Part shown: in pieces, positions 38,297 through 46,399 of the stretch
Numbering within the stretch: the first letter of the stretch is position 1
Layout of the letters: every line of letters begins with the position of its first letter
NCBI GenBank assembly: GCA_039934355.1
Contig: JBDTMI010000004.1
Span: 60,750-124,749, forward strand
Length of the DNA: 64,000 nucleotides
Reading direction: 5' to 3'
Source of the DNA: Gemmatimonadales bacterium
Lineage (GTDB): Bacteria; Gemmatimonadota; Gemmatimonadetes; Gemmatimonadales; GWC2-71-9
Notes under the pieces: model-generated
Told to the model about the DNA's origin: nothing
Database searches by the model: none
Seen by the model: only the letters and a program-made list of their open reading frames with translations
Made by a program: the position numbers and the translations under genes

Positions 38297-38953
38297 TCAA
38301 TTGGGGGCGCGGACCGCCTCCAGCCCGAGGCTGGGAACGGAAATGCTCAGCAATTCGCCGTTGGTTCCCAGGTGAATCTCCGCCTCCACCTCACCGGTCA
38401 GGCGGATCAGGCTGCCGGTGGCGGTGGGGGAGCGCCGGGCGGTGAAAACCACACGGCGGGCCTCAGGCAGGACGACGGCAGTGAGTGCGCTCCCGGCCTC
38501 GGTGGCGAGCGCGGCCGCCTGCAGATAGGGAGCAAAGACGCTGTCGGCGAGGATGATGAGGGTGGCTCCACCAGGCAGTTCCGTCGCCTGATCGGCACCA
38601 CGCGCGACCCGGCGCACCGTCAGGCGATTGCGCTTCTGAACGGCGTACGTCTGTCGGCCGCTGACCGCACCGCGGGACTCCAGCTGGAAGGCGAACTCCT
38701 CGCCGCTGGCTCGATCGAGGCTGGCGGTCAGCTCGGGCGCCGGACGGGGGCCGTTATACACCACATGGGAGGTGAGCTTGATGCCCTTGGCGGTGGTGGT
38801 CACGCTGAAGGTTTCCGTGCCGACATCCCGATCCCGGGCCCGCACGAGCAGTGTGCCGGTGTCGGTGGCCTGTGCGGCCATCGGCCCCGCGGTAAGCCCC
38901 GGCGCGAGGAGTCCGAGACCGAGTCGAATAATGACGTGAAAGGAAGGGCGCAT
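38297..38953 (-). CDS. Hypothetical secreted protein (first gene of the minus-strand efflux cluster)
   Basis: 218 aa. Signal-like N-terminus (...LLAPGLTAGPMAAQA). Beta-rich composition, coding-like codon bias. No family recognised. Confidence 0.6.
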   Translation of the reverse strand: MRPSFHVIIRLGLGLLAPGLTAGPMAAQATDTGTLLVRARDRDVGTETFSVTTTAKGIKLTSHVVYNGPRPAPELTASLDRASGEEFAFQLESRGAVSGRQTYAVQKRNRLTVRRVARGADQATELPGGATLIILADSVFAPYLQAAALATEAGSALTAVVLPEARRVVFTARRSPTATGSLIRLTGEVEAEIHLGTNGELLSISVPSLGLEAVRAPN

Positions 38954-38963
38954 GCGTCCTCAA

Positions 38964-38969
38964 TATAAT
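38964..38969 (+). promoter_or_regulatory. Perfect TATAAT hexamer, candidate -10 box for the giant kinase gene
   Basis: TATAAT read at 38964-38969, in the 65-bp divergent spacer between the 38953 (minus) and 39019 (plus) starts. No convincing -35 element. A conspicuous AT hexamer in very GC-rich DNA. Confidence 0.3.
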
Positions 38970-39018
38970 CGTCGCTTTGCCGTGCCGCTCCGCCCCGCCC
39001 CGCGCTAACTTGCCTTCC

Positions 39019-42000
39019 ATGATTGCTCCGAGCGTGAACGCAGCCCGTCGTGCCGCGTGGCTGGTGATGGCCGCAACCGTGGTCGCGGCCGAATGGCTGC
39101 GGCAGCCGGCCCCCTGGTGGGGGATTGTCGCGGTCGGGCTGACGATCATCGGGCTGCTTCTCGCGCGACGCGCGGGGTTGCGGGTCTGGCTAGTCGCGGT
39201 GGCGACAGGGGCGGTCGCCAGCGCAATCGTGCTGGGCCAGTCGCACATGGGACGAGTCGCCGCGGAGTGGCCGGTGGAGCGGGAGCGTCGGGTCACGGAG
39301 GTCTTCCGGCGCCTGAGTCGGGAACTGCACGCGACGCTGCTGCAGGTCGACAATCTGGCTCGCTCCGCCCTCCCGCTCGCCGACGCCGACCGGACCGTCG
39401 CATTCTCCCACCTCGACCGCGAGCTGCCGAGGGACGGGCCAGAGATGGCGGTGGCTATTCTCGATCCGACTGGGATGCCGTGGGCCTGGGCCGGACGCCA
39501 GCGCCTGGTCCCGGAGCCTGAGGGCGATTCGCTCGCCGCGCGGTTTACCCGATTCTACGCTGTGCTCGAAAGCCGGCGCCGGGCACCCTCGGGTCGGGTG
39601 GTGGTCGCCACCGTCCTGGTCTGGGCCGATTCCGCTGTCCCCCGTCCCGACCGGAGTCTGGCCGCGCGCTTCGGAGCGGAGGCCGGTGTTCAGGTCGAGG
39701 TATTCCCGCCCGGCGGTGCGCCTCCCAGCCGTGATGTATTCGATTACTCCGAGCCGACCACCGCCGGCGATCGACTGTTGTTCAGTCTCCTCCCTGTCGC
39801 GCCGGAAGAGGCGGCGGTACAGACCGAGGTGAACAACGCGGCCGCGGCAGGTGTCGCGCTCACCCTCGTTCTGCTGCTTGCGGTCGGGCTCGTGACGGCC
39901 CAGGCGTCGCTGGAGCGCTTCCTTCTCCTGGCGACACTCCTCTGGGCGGTGCTGCGCGCCCCACTCGGCGCGGCGGTGGGTTTCGATGACCTGTTTTCCG
40001 CTGGGACATTCTTCCGCGGGTCATTCCGTCCGTTCTCGAGTTCTGCCGGCAACCTGCTGGTGACCGGCAGCGTGCTGCTGATCCTGGGCGTCTGGCTCTG
40101 GGGGCGACGTGGACCGCTGCCTCGGTGGGGCGCGGCAATTGGTGTGTTGCTACTGCTGGCCACCCCCTACCTCATCAGCGATCTCGGGAGAGGGATTTCT
40201 CCGCCGGTGACCGGAGTGCCACCCGACCTCTGGATTACCTGGCAAGTCAGCCTGACGATGGTCACGGCGGCCATCGTGCTGCTGGCCGGGGCTCTGGTCT
40301 GGCGCGCACTGCCGCTGACCGGCGGTCCGGGCTGGATCGGCGTGGGAGCGGCCTGTGGGATTGCGGCGGCGGCGGCGGGTCTGCTGCTGTGGGAACCACG
40401 TGCCGGTTGGCCTGAGTGGTATCCGCTCCTCTGGTTTCCCGCCCTCCTGCTGGTGGCCCGCCCCGGGCCACGCTGGGCGGTGCTGCTGGCGACCTCGATT
40501 GTCGCTGGATCGGCTGCCGCGCTGGTGACCTGGGGCGCGGAACTGGATGGCCGGCTCCTCGCAGCCCAACGCGACCTCGCCCGGCTCGGTGACGTCGAGG
40601 ATCCCCTGGCGGTCCCGCTGCTCGAGCGACTCGGCGATGATGCGGTGCAGGGCATCGAGCCCACGGCGGCGTCCACCCTCTACCTGCTCTGGCGTGCCTC
40701 CGATCTCGGTGGACAGGAGTTTCCCGTGCGCCTGGCGCTATGGAACAGGGACGGCGTCCGCCTGGATGAGCTGGCGCTCGATTCGGTCGACGTGCCGACC
40801 TCCTTGCTCTCCGCGCTGGTGCTCAGTCTGGACTCCACCCAACCCCGCACCGTGGTCCCGCTGTTGCGCGTGCCGGGCCGCCACTATGTGCTCCTGCAGC
40901 ACCTGCCGAGCGGGCGGATCCTGACGGTCGTCGCGGGGCCGCGCTCCCGCCTGCTTGCGCCGGGGCGCCTCGCCCGCCTCCTGCGGCGGCCCGACGCCGG
41001 CCCGCCGTTGTACGAAATGTCCCTTTCCCCTCCATTCGAGTCCGGCAGAGTCCGGCCGGTCGCCGCCGCGTGGGAGCGCAGCGGAACCCGGCTCCGGATC
41101 GACCGCCTGCTGACGCTCCCGGGCGGCAATCGACACGTTTACGTCGTGGTGGGGCAGGGCGCTTTCTCGCTGCTGCTGGTGCGCGGTGCGCTGCTGACCG
41201 CCCTCGATCTCGTCGTGCTGGCGCTGCTCTGGTGGGTGACGGTGCTTCGTCCCGGATCGCTGCGGCGATCGGTCGAGGTCCGCCGGAAGGCGCGCTCCTT
41301 TCAGGTGCGGCTCGCCCTCACACTCGCGGCGTTTTTCATCGTCCCTGCCGCGGGCTTCACAGTCTGGGGACTGGGGCGACTCACGGATGAAGTCGATCAC
41401 ACCCGTGATCTGCTGATCTCCGCGGCGCTGCGGGATGCGGTGCTGACTGCCGGGGGATTGCTGCGGGAACCGGGCGACTACCTCGTCCAGGGACTCGGCG
41501 AGCTGTCCAACCGGCTGGAAGCGGACCTGCTGCTCTACAGCGGCGGTCGCCTCATTGCGACCAGCGCGCCAATCCTTGAGGACCTGTCGCTGGTCGAACC
41601 GCTCCTGGATGCGCGCGTGTTCCAGCGTCTCGCCCTCGGCGACGAACTCGAGCTCACCCGGCAGGCCACGACCTACGTGGCCCCGGTGCGGGTGGGATAT
41701 CGTGTGGCACAGGCGGGCCCACCTGGCGGAGTCGGCATTCTGGCGACGCCGCAGCTCGCCTATGACTGGGCCCGCACCCAGGACCAGCGCGATCTCGCCG
41801 CGGTACTGCTGCTCGCCTTGCTTACCGGGATCGGCGCATCGTTCCTCGGCGCGCAGTGGGCGGCGCGCGCGCTCTCCCGGCCCGTCGCCGATCTGCGACG
41901 CTCGGCCGCTGCCATCGGACAGGGCCTTCCGCTCCCCGCCGTGGCGATGCCGCCGGTCGAGTTCGAGCAGGTATTCGTCGCCTTTCAGCGCATGGCGGCA

Positions 42001-43014
42001 GATATCCGGAACTCGCAAGCGGCGCTGGAGGACGCCCGTCAGCGCACGGCGCTGGTGCTGGCCAACGTCGCCACCGCGGTCGTGGCGCTCGATCCCGAGG
42101 GACGGGTTCTCCTGGCCAATCCGCGCGCCGCCGAAGTGCTCGCGACTCCGTTGGTACCTGGGGACGCGCTCGCCCAGGTACTGGCCGGCGAGTGGTCACC
42201 CCTGCTGCGGGTCGTCGAGGATTTCCTCGGCCGGAGCGCGCCCGCGTATGCGGTGGAGGTCGAGGTCAACGGTCGCACGTATCGTCTCCAACTGGCCCGG
42301 CTCGGTGAGGCGCCGGGGGGCTCCGTGCTCGCGATCAACGACCTCACCAACGCCACCCAGGCGGCGCGGGTCCTGGCCTGGGGCGAGATGGCCCGACAGG
42401 TCGCCCACGAAATCAAGAATCCGCTCACCCCCATTCGGCTCGGCATCCAGCACCTGCAGCGCGTCAGGCGGGACCGGCCCGAGCAGCTGACCAGTCTGGT
42501 GGACGATACGGCGGTGCGCATCCTCGGTGAAATCGATCGACTGGACACGATCGCACGCGCCTTCAGTCGCTTCGGCATGCCGGGCGGCGAGGCGGTCCCG
42601 CTCGCCCGGCTCGATCTCGAGCCGGTGGCCCGGGAGGTGGCAGGCTTGTACGGCCTGACCGCAGAGGGGGTCGAGGTTGTTGTCGAGGTCGCGACGGGCG
42701 GCGTGCCACCGCAACTGGCGCGGCAGGACGAAGTGAAGGAAGTGCTGGGCAATCTGGTCGAAAATGCCCGCAGCGCCGAGGCACGCCGGATCGTGATACG
42801 ACTGCGCCCCGACGGATTCGATGTCGAGGACGATGGCACCGGCATTCCCGCCGCGCTCCTCCCGCGCATCTTCGAGCCGCGCTTCTCGACGACGACCAGC
42901 GGGGCGGGGCTCGGCCTGCCTATTGTCAGGCGACTGGTCGAGAGCTGGGGCGCGACGGTCGTGGTGGAGAGTGGCACGGGCCGCGGATCGGTGGTGCAGG
43001 TCCGGTGGCCGTGA
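39019..43014 (+). CDS. Very large multi-pass membrane sensor histidine kinase, NtrY-like transmitter (HAMP-PAS-HisKA-HATPase)
   Basis: 1331 aa from the ATG at 39019 (the ORF track TTG at 38977 is an alternative). About 14 hydrophobic helices and two long extracytoplasmic segments. HAMP then PAS. H-box AHEIKNPLTPIRLGIQHL (NtrY type). N/G boxes NLVENA, DDGTGIP, GAGLGLPI. Confidence 0.9.
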   Translation: MIAPSVNAARRAAWLVMAATVVAAEWLRQPAPWWGIVAVGLTIIGLLLARRAGLRVWLVAVATGAVASAIVLGQSHMGRVAAEWPVERERRVTEVFRRLSRELHATLLQVDNLARSALPLADADRTVAFSHLDRELPRDGPEMAVAILDPTGMPWAWAGRQRLVPEPEGDSLAARFTRFYAVLESRRRAPSGRVVVATVLVWADSAVPRPDRSLAARFGAEAGVQVEVFPPGGAPPSRDVFDYSEPTTAGDRLLFSLLPVAPEEAAVQTEVNNAAAAGVALTLVLLLAVGLVTAQASLERFLLLATLLWAVLRAPLGAAVGFDDLFSAGTFFRGSFRPFSSSAGNLLVTGSVLLILGVWLWGRRGPLPRWGAAIGVLLLLATPYLISDLGRGISPPVTGVPPDLWITWQVSLTMVTAAIVLLAGALVWRALPLTGGPGWIGVGAACGIAAAAAGLLLWEPRAGWPEWYPLLWFPALLLVARPGPRWAVLLATSIVAGSAAALVTWGAELDGRLLAAQRDLARLGDVEDPLAVPLLERLGDDAVQGIEPTAASTLYLLWRASDLGGQEFPVRLALWNRDGVRLDELALDSVDVPTSLLSALVLSLDSTQPRTVVPLLRVPGRHYVLLQHLPSGRILTVVAGPRSRLLAPGRLARLLRRPDAGPPLYEMSLSPPFESGRVRPVAAAWERSGTRLRIDRLLTLPGGNRHVYVVVGQGAFSLLLVRGALLTALDLVVLALLWWVTVLRPGSLRRSVEVRRKARSFQVRLALTLAAFFIVPAAGFTVWGLGRLTDEVDHTRDLLISAALRDAVLTAGGLLREPGDYLVQGLGELSNRLEADLLLYSGGRLIATSAPILEDLSLVEPLLDARVFQRLALGDELELTRQATTYVAPVRVGYRVAQAGPPGGVGILATPQLAYDWARTQDQRDLAAVLLLALLTGIGASFLGAQWAARALSRPVADLRRSAAAIGQGLPLPAVAMPPVEFEQVFVAFQRMAADIRNSQAALEDARQRTALVLANVATAVVALDPEGRVLLANPRAAEVLATPLVPGDALAQVLAGEWSPLLRVVEDFLGRSAPAYAVEVEVNGRTYRLQLARLGEAPGGSVLAINDLTNATQAARVLAWGEMARQVAHEIKNPLTPIRLGIQHLQRVRRDRPEQLTSLVDDTAVRILGEIDRLDTIARAFSRFGMPGGEAVPLARLDLEPVAREVAGLYGLTAEGVEVVVEVATGGVPPQLARQDEVKEVLGNLVENARSAEARRIVIRLRPDGFDVEDDGTGIPAALLPRIFEPRFSTTTSGAGLGLPIVRRLVESWGATVVVESGTGRGSVVQVRWP

Positions 43015-43227
43015 TCGGGACGGCGGGAGTGTTCGCCGCGGCCGACCGCGGTGCCTTCGGTTGCGAAATCCTTCGTCGGCGTGCATCGTACCGGTCGGGT
43101 TCCGATGGAACTTCGGGAGCTTTTTAGCGGTTCCAGGGATGGGTGTTGGCGGTCGGCCCGAGTCATGCTACTTCGGTAGAACGCGCAGAGCCGGTCACTC
43201 ACGCGCACCTCCCAAGGACGATCTGTC

Positions 43228-43689
43228 ATGAATCCTGAGCCCATCCCGGTGAGTTTGCTGGCGGTCCACGACCTCCTCAGGGAAACCCTTGCCACTGCAA
43301 GGGATAACAACGGCCCGTTCCAATACGGAGTCGCGGTCTTTCCGCGCACCGGACGGTTCGGGGCTCCGGTATTCGGGATCGCGACCAGTGGCGGTGAGTC
43401 CACAGTGCTGACCTACCGGATGCTACAGTCGCTGGTGGAGCTTCCGGTGTACCTGTCCGGCCGGGTTCCCGCCACCATCCGGGAAGGTCTCAGTTACGGA
43501 CCGCCGCGGGTGATTCCCGTCGCCCTGCTCGACCAGCCGGTTCTGCGGGTGGGTTTCACCTGCTGCATCGGTGCGAGCCGGGACGATCTCGATCGGACCC
43601 AGCCGCTGGAAACCAGCGTCTTCGCCGGCGACCTCACGGCACCGCTGATCCTGCTGCTCGACGCTCGTCCCGACGGCTGGCCGCAGTAA
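43228..43689 (+). CDS. Hypothetical protein (orphan ORF, lower GC3 than its neighbours)
   Basis: 153 aa ORF with an ATG start. Followed by a hairpin plus T5 tract. Noticeably more A/T-ending codons than flanking genes. No family recognised. Confidence 0.5.
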   Translation: MNPEPIPVSLLAVHDLLRETLATARDNNGPFQYGVAVFPRTGRFGAPVFGIATSGGESTVLTYRMLQSLVELPVYLSGRVPATIREGLSYGPPRVIPVALLDQPVLRVGFTCCIGASRDDLDRTQPLETSVFAGDLTAPLILLLDARPDGWPQ

Positions 43690-43701
43690 CGACCGCCCGC
43701 C

Positions 43702-43737
43702 ACCGCTCGCGGCGCCGAGCGTCGTCCGCGGTTTTTC
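43702..43737 (+). terminator. Candidate intrinsic terminator after the orphan ORF
   Basis: ACCGC (43702-43706) pairs with GCGGT (43728-43732), immediately followed by TTTTT, a rare T-run in this sequence. The stem is short and the loop long, so it is weak. Confidence 0.35.
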
Positions 43738-43818
43738 TCCGCCTTCCTGCTTCAATACGGTAACCGATCCACGCCTCCGAACTGCGATGATGCTCCGGCC
43801 TCTTCCGGAGAACCACGC

Positions 43819-45372
43819 ATGCTCGCCTGTGTTCACGCCGCCACTCTGTTCGGGATCGACGCTTGCCCGGTCGCCGTTGAAGTCGACCTGAGCCCGGGCC
43901 TGCCCGGTTTCGCCACGGTCGGGCTGGCACAGGGTGCCGTGAAGGAGAGTCGAGAGCGGGTGACTGCGGCGTTGTCGAACAGCGGATTTCAGCTTCCGCT
44001 CAAGCGCATCACGGTGAACCTGGCCCCGGCGGACCTCCGGAAGGAGGGTTCCGGCTTTGACCTGCCGATCGCCGTCGCGCTGCTGGAGGCGAGTGGGCAG
44101 TTGCCGGAGGGAGCGGCGGCGGGACTGCTGGTGCTGGGGGAGCTCGGCCTCGAGGGAGACCTGCGTCCGGTGCGTGGCGCCCTGTCGGTCGCGCTCCGCG
44201 CCCGGGCTGAGGGGCTACGTGGCGTCATCGTCCCGGCAGCCAACGCGAATGAGGCCGCGGTCGTCGCCGGCCTCGAGGTCATCGGCGCGCGCTCGCTGCG
44301 GGATGTGGCGAGGCACCTCTCGGGGGAGTCGCCCCTTCCGGTCACACCCCACGATCCCGCGGCCTTCGCGGCGCTGCCGGTGCCGGATGCGGTGGATTTC
44401 GCCGACGTCCGCGGGCAACCGGCGGCCAAACGCGCGCTCGAAGTCGCGGCGGCGGGAGGTCACAATCTCCTCCTCATCGGGCCCCCGGGCGCGGGGAAGA
44501 CGATGCTCGCCCGGCGCCTGCCGACCATTCTGCCCGCACTGTCGGTTGAGGAAGCGATCGACACGACCCGCATCCACAGCGTCGCCGGCCTGCTCCCCGC
44601 CGGCCGAGCCCTGCTCACCGCCCGCCCCTTCCGAGCGCCGCACCATACCATCAGCGATGCCGGTCTCATTGGGGGCGGCGCGACGCCGCGGCCGGGGGAG
44701 GTGAGCCTGGCCCATGGCGGGGTGCTTTTTCTTGATGAGTTGCCGGAATTCCGTCGCAACGTGCTCGAGGTCCTGCGCCAGCCGCTCGAGGATGGGGTCG
44801 TCACCCTGAGCCGCGCCGCGATGAGCCTTACCTACCCGGCGCAGTTCACACTCATCGCCGCGATGAATCCCTGTCCCTGCGGCTTCGCGGGCGACGCACG
44901 GCGTTCCTGTACCTGCGAGCCTGCCCTGGTCGAGCGCTACCTGAGCCGGCTGTCGGGACCGCTGCTCGACCGGATCGACATCCAGCTCCGGGTGCCGGCG
45001 GTCCTCGCGACCGAGTTGACCGGGGACCAGCTCGAAGAGCCGAGTCAGGCGATCCGGCTGCGGGTCGAGGGGGCCCGCGCCCGGCAGCGGCGTCGCTTCC
45101 CGCCCGGCACCGGGGTCGCGAGCAATGCCTGCCTCGCCCCGCGCGAGCTGCGTCGCTACTGCCGCCCCGATCCGGCCGCCGAAGAGTTGTTGCGCGCCGC
45201 ACTGACCCGGCTGGGTCTTTCGGCCCGGGCCTACCACCGGGTTCTCAAGGTGGCACGGACGATCGCGGATCTGGCGGGAGAGGAGACGGTGGGCACGGCG
45301 CACATCAGTGAGGCCATTCAGTACCGGACCCTGGACCGCGCGGCGTTCGGGCGGGCGCGGGCGGCGGGGTAG
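43819..45372 (+). CDS. comM: YifB/ComM family Mg-chelatase-like AAA+ ATPase
   Basis: 517 aa. N-terminal Lon-like domain (GIDACPVAVEVDLSPGLPGFATVGL...ESRERV). Walker A GPPGAGKT, LFLDELPEF Walker B, C-terminal SARAYHRVLKVARTIADL. Confidence 0.95.
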   Translation: MLACVHAATLFGIDACPVAVEVDLSPGLPGFATVGLAQGAVKESRERVTAALSNSGFQLPLKRITVNLAPADLRKEGSGFDLPIAVALLEASGQLPEGAAAGLLVLGELGLEGDLRPVRGALSVALRARAEGLRGVIVPAANANEAAVVAGLEVIGARSLRDVARHLSGESPLPVTPHDPAAFAALPVPDAVDFADVRGQPAAKRALEVAAAGGHNLLLIGPPGAGKTMLARRLPTILPALSVEEAIDTTRIHSVAGLLPAGRALLTARPFRAPHHTISDAGLIGGGATPRPGEVSLAHGGVLFLDELPEFRRNVLEVLRQPLEDGVVTLSRAAMSLTYPAQFTLIAAMNPCPCGFAGDARRSCTCEPALVERYLSRLSGPLLDRIDIQLRVPAVLATELTGDQLEEPSQAIRLRVEGARARQRRRFPPGTGVASNACLAPRELRRYCRPDPAAEELLRAALTRLGLSARAYHRVLKVARTIADLAGEETVGTAHISEAIQYRTLDRAAFGRARAAG

Positions 45373-45509
45373 GGGCGAAGCTATGAGCCGGGTCGGGAGA
45401 TCAAGGCGGTTGCTGCTCCCTCACCCGCTTCGTCCCGGTGCCCACCGAGTCGGAGATGGCATCCAGATCATCACCCAGTCACGACCCGGCTGCAACTGCT
45501 TTCGGAGCG

Positions 45510-45656
45510 ATTCACACGGCGAATGCCGACCTGCACAGCGCTAACGGCGGTGTGCACCGTGCTAACAGCGGTCCGCACATCGCTAACGGCCGCCTGCACA
45601 CTGCTAACGGCAGTCTTCACAGCACTCCCCGCGCCTTCCACACCCCTTTCCTCTGG
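45510..45656. repeat. Tandem array of about 7 x 21-bp direct repeats (core NNGCAC-NNN-GCTAAC(G/A)GC-NNN)
   Basis: Read directly. Four well-conserved units lie at 45531-45614, flanked by degenerate units that retain the CAC. The period is exactly 21 bp. Confidence 0.9.
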
Positions 45657-45847
45657 CTCGTCACCGGCGCCTAACACTCCGCATCATCTGGCACGCCGCT
45701 CGCGTTGCCTCCCCTCCGCCAGGCTCGGTGTGGGCCGGTCCTGGTCGTCGCGCCGCCGCTCCCCGAAGCGCTCGGCACCGTTGGTCCCCCGTGGTTCTCG
45801 GACCGCTTATACGGTGTCGTCGTATGCAATGCTATCTTCGTATCGGT

Positions 45848-46387
45848 CTCCACGCCGGGCCGATGGATTACACGCCGGGCATCTTCGACATTCTGAGGCA
45901 GCGGGCCGGCGGACCCCCCGCCCGGCCGCAAGATTCACGGGTCCGCGCCGCGCTGGCCAAGCAGCTCACACTGTATGTCGTGCTCGACTCACCACTGCAG
46001 ATGGCGGCGGACTTGCCCGAAAACGACGAGGGGCAGCCGGTGTTCCAGTTCATCCGCGACGTTGCGGTGGATTGGGACACGACCCGCGTGCTCGACGGCC
46101 GGATCGGCAACTACGTGGCGGTCGCACGCCGGAAGCGCGGGGGCCAGTCCTGGTTCGTGGGTGCCATCACGGATGGGCAGGGCCGCACCCTCGACGCCCC
46201 GCTTTCGTTCCTGACGCCGGGCCGGAAGTATGTCGCAGAGATCTACGCCGACGGCCCGAAGGCCAACTGGCTGGACAACCCATCGCCCGTCACCATCACC
46301 CGACGGCCGGTGACCGCCGCGACTCGGCTGCGCGTCGTGCTGGCGCCGGGAGGCGGGCAGGCCATCCGGATCCACCCCGCGAGATGA
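45848..46387 (+). pseudogene. Glycoside hydrolase family 97 remnant (C-terminal ~175 residues only; N-terminal and catalytic regions missing)
   Basis: HAGPMDYTPG..., QLTLYVVLDSPLQMAADLPEN, FIRDVAVDWDTTRVLDGRIGNYVAVARRKRGGQSWFVGAITD and LRVVLAPGGGQAIRI match the C-terminal part of SusB-like GH97 enzymes (about 650-740 aa) as remembered. Similarity stops abruptly upstream of about 45848. Confidence 0.7.
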
Positions 46388-46399
46388 TTCTGGCTGCGC

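Noticed and set aside
43819-45372. comM as a disrupted genomic-island integration target (as occurs in some other bacteria)
   Set aside because: The ORF is full-length (517 aa) with intact N-terminal, AAA+ and C-terminal regions, so nothing is inserted within it. The oddities lie downstream of its stop.
45510-45656. Possibility that the 21-bp repeat array is a CRISPR array
   Set aside because: The repeats are directly adjacent with no spacers. The units are only 21 bp and not palindromic, they degenerate at both ends, and no cas genes are nearby.
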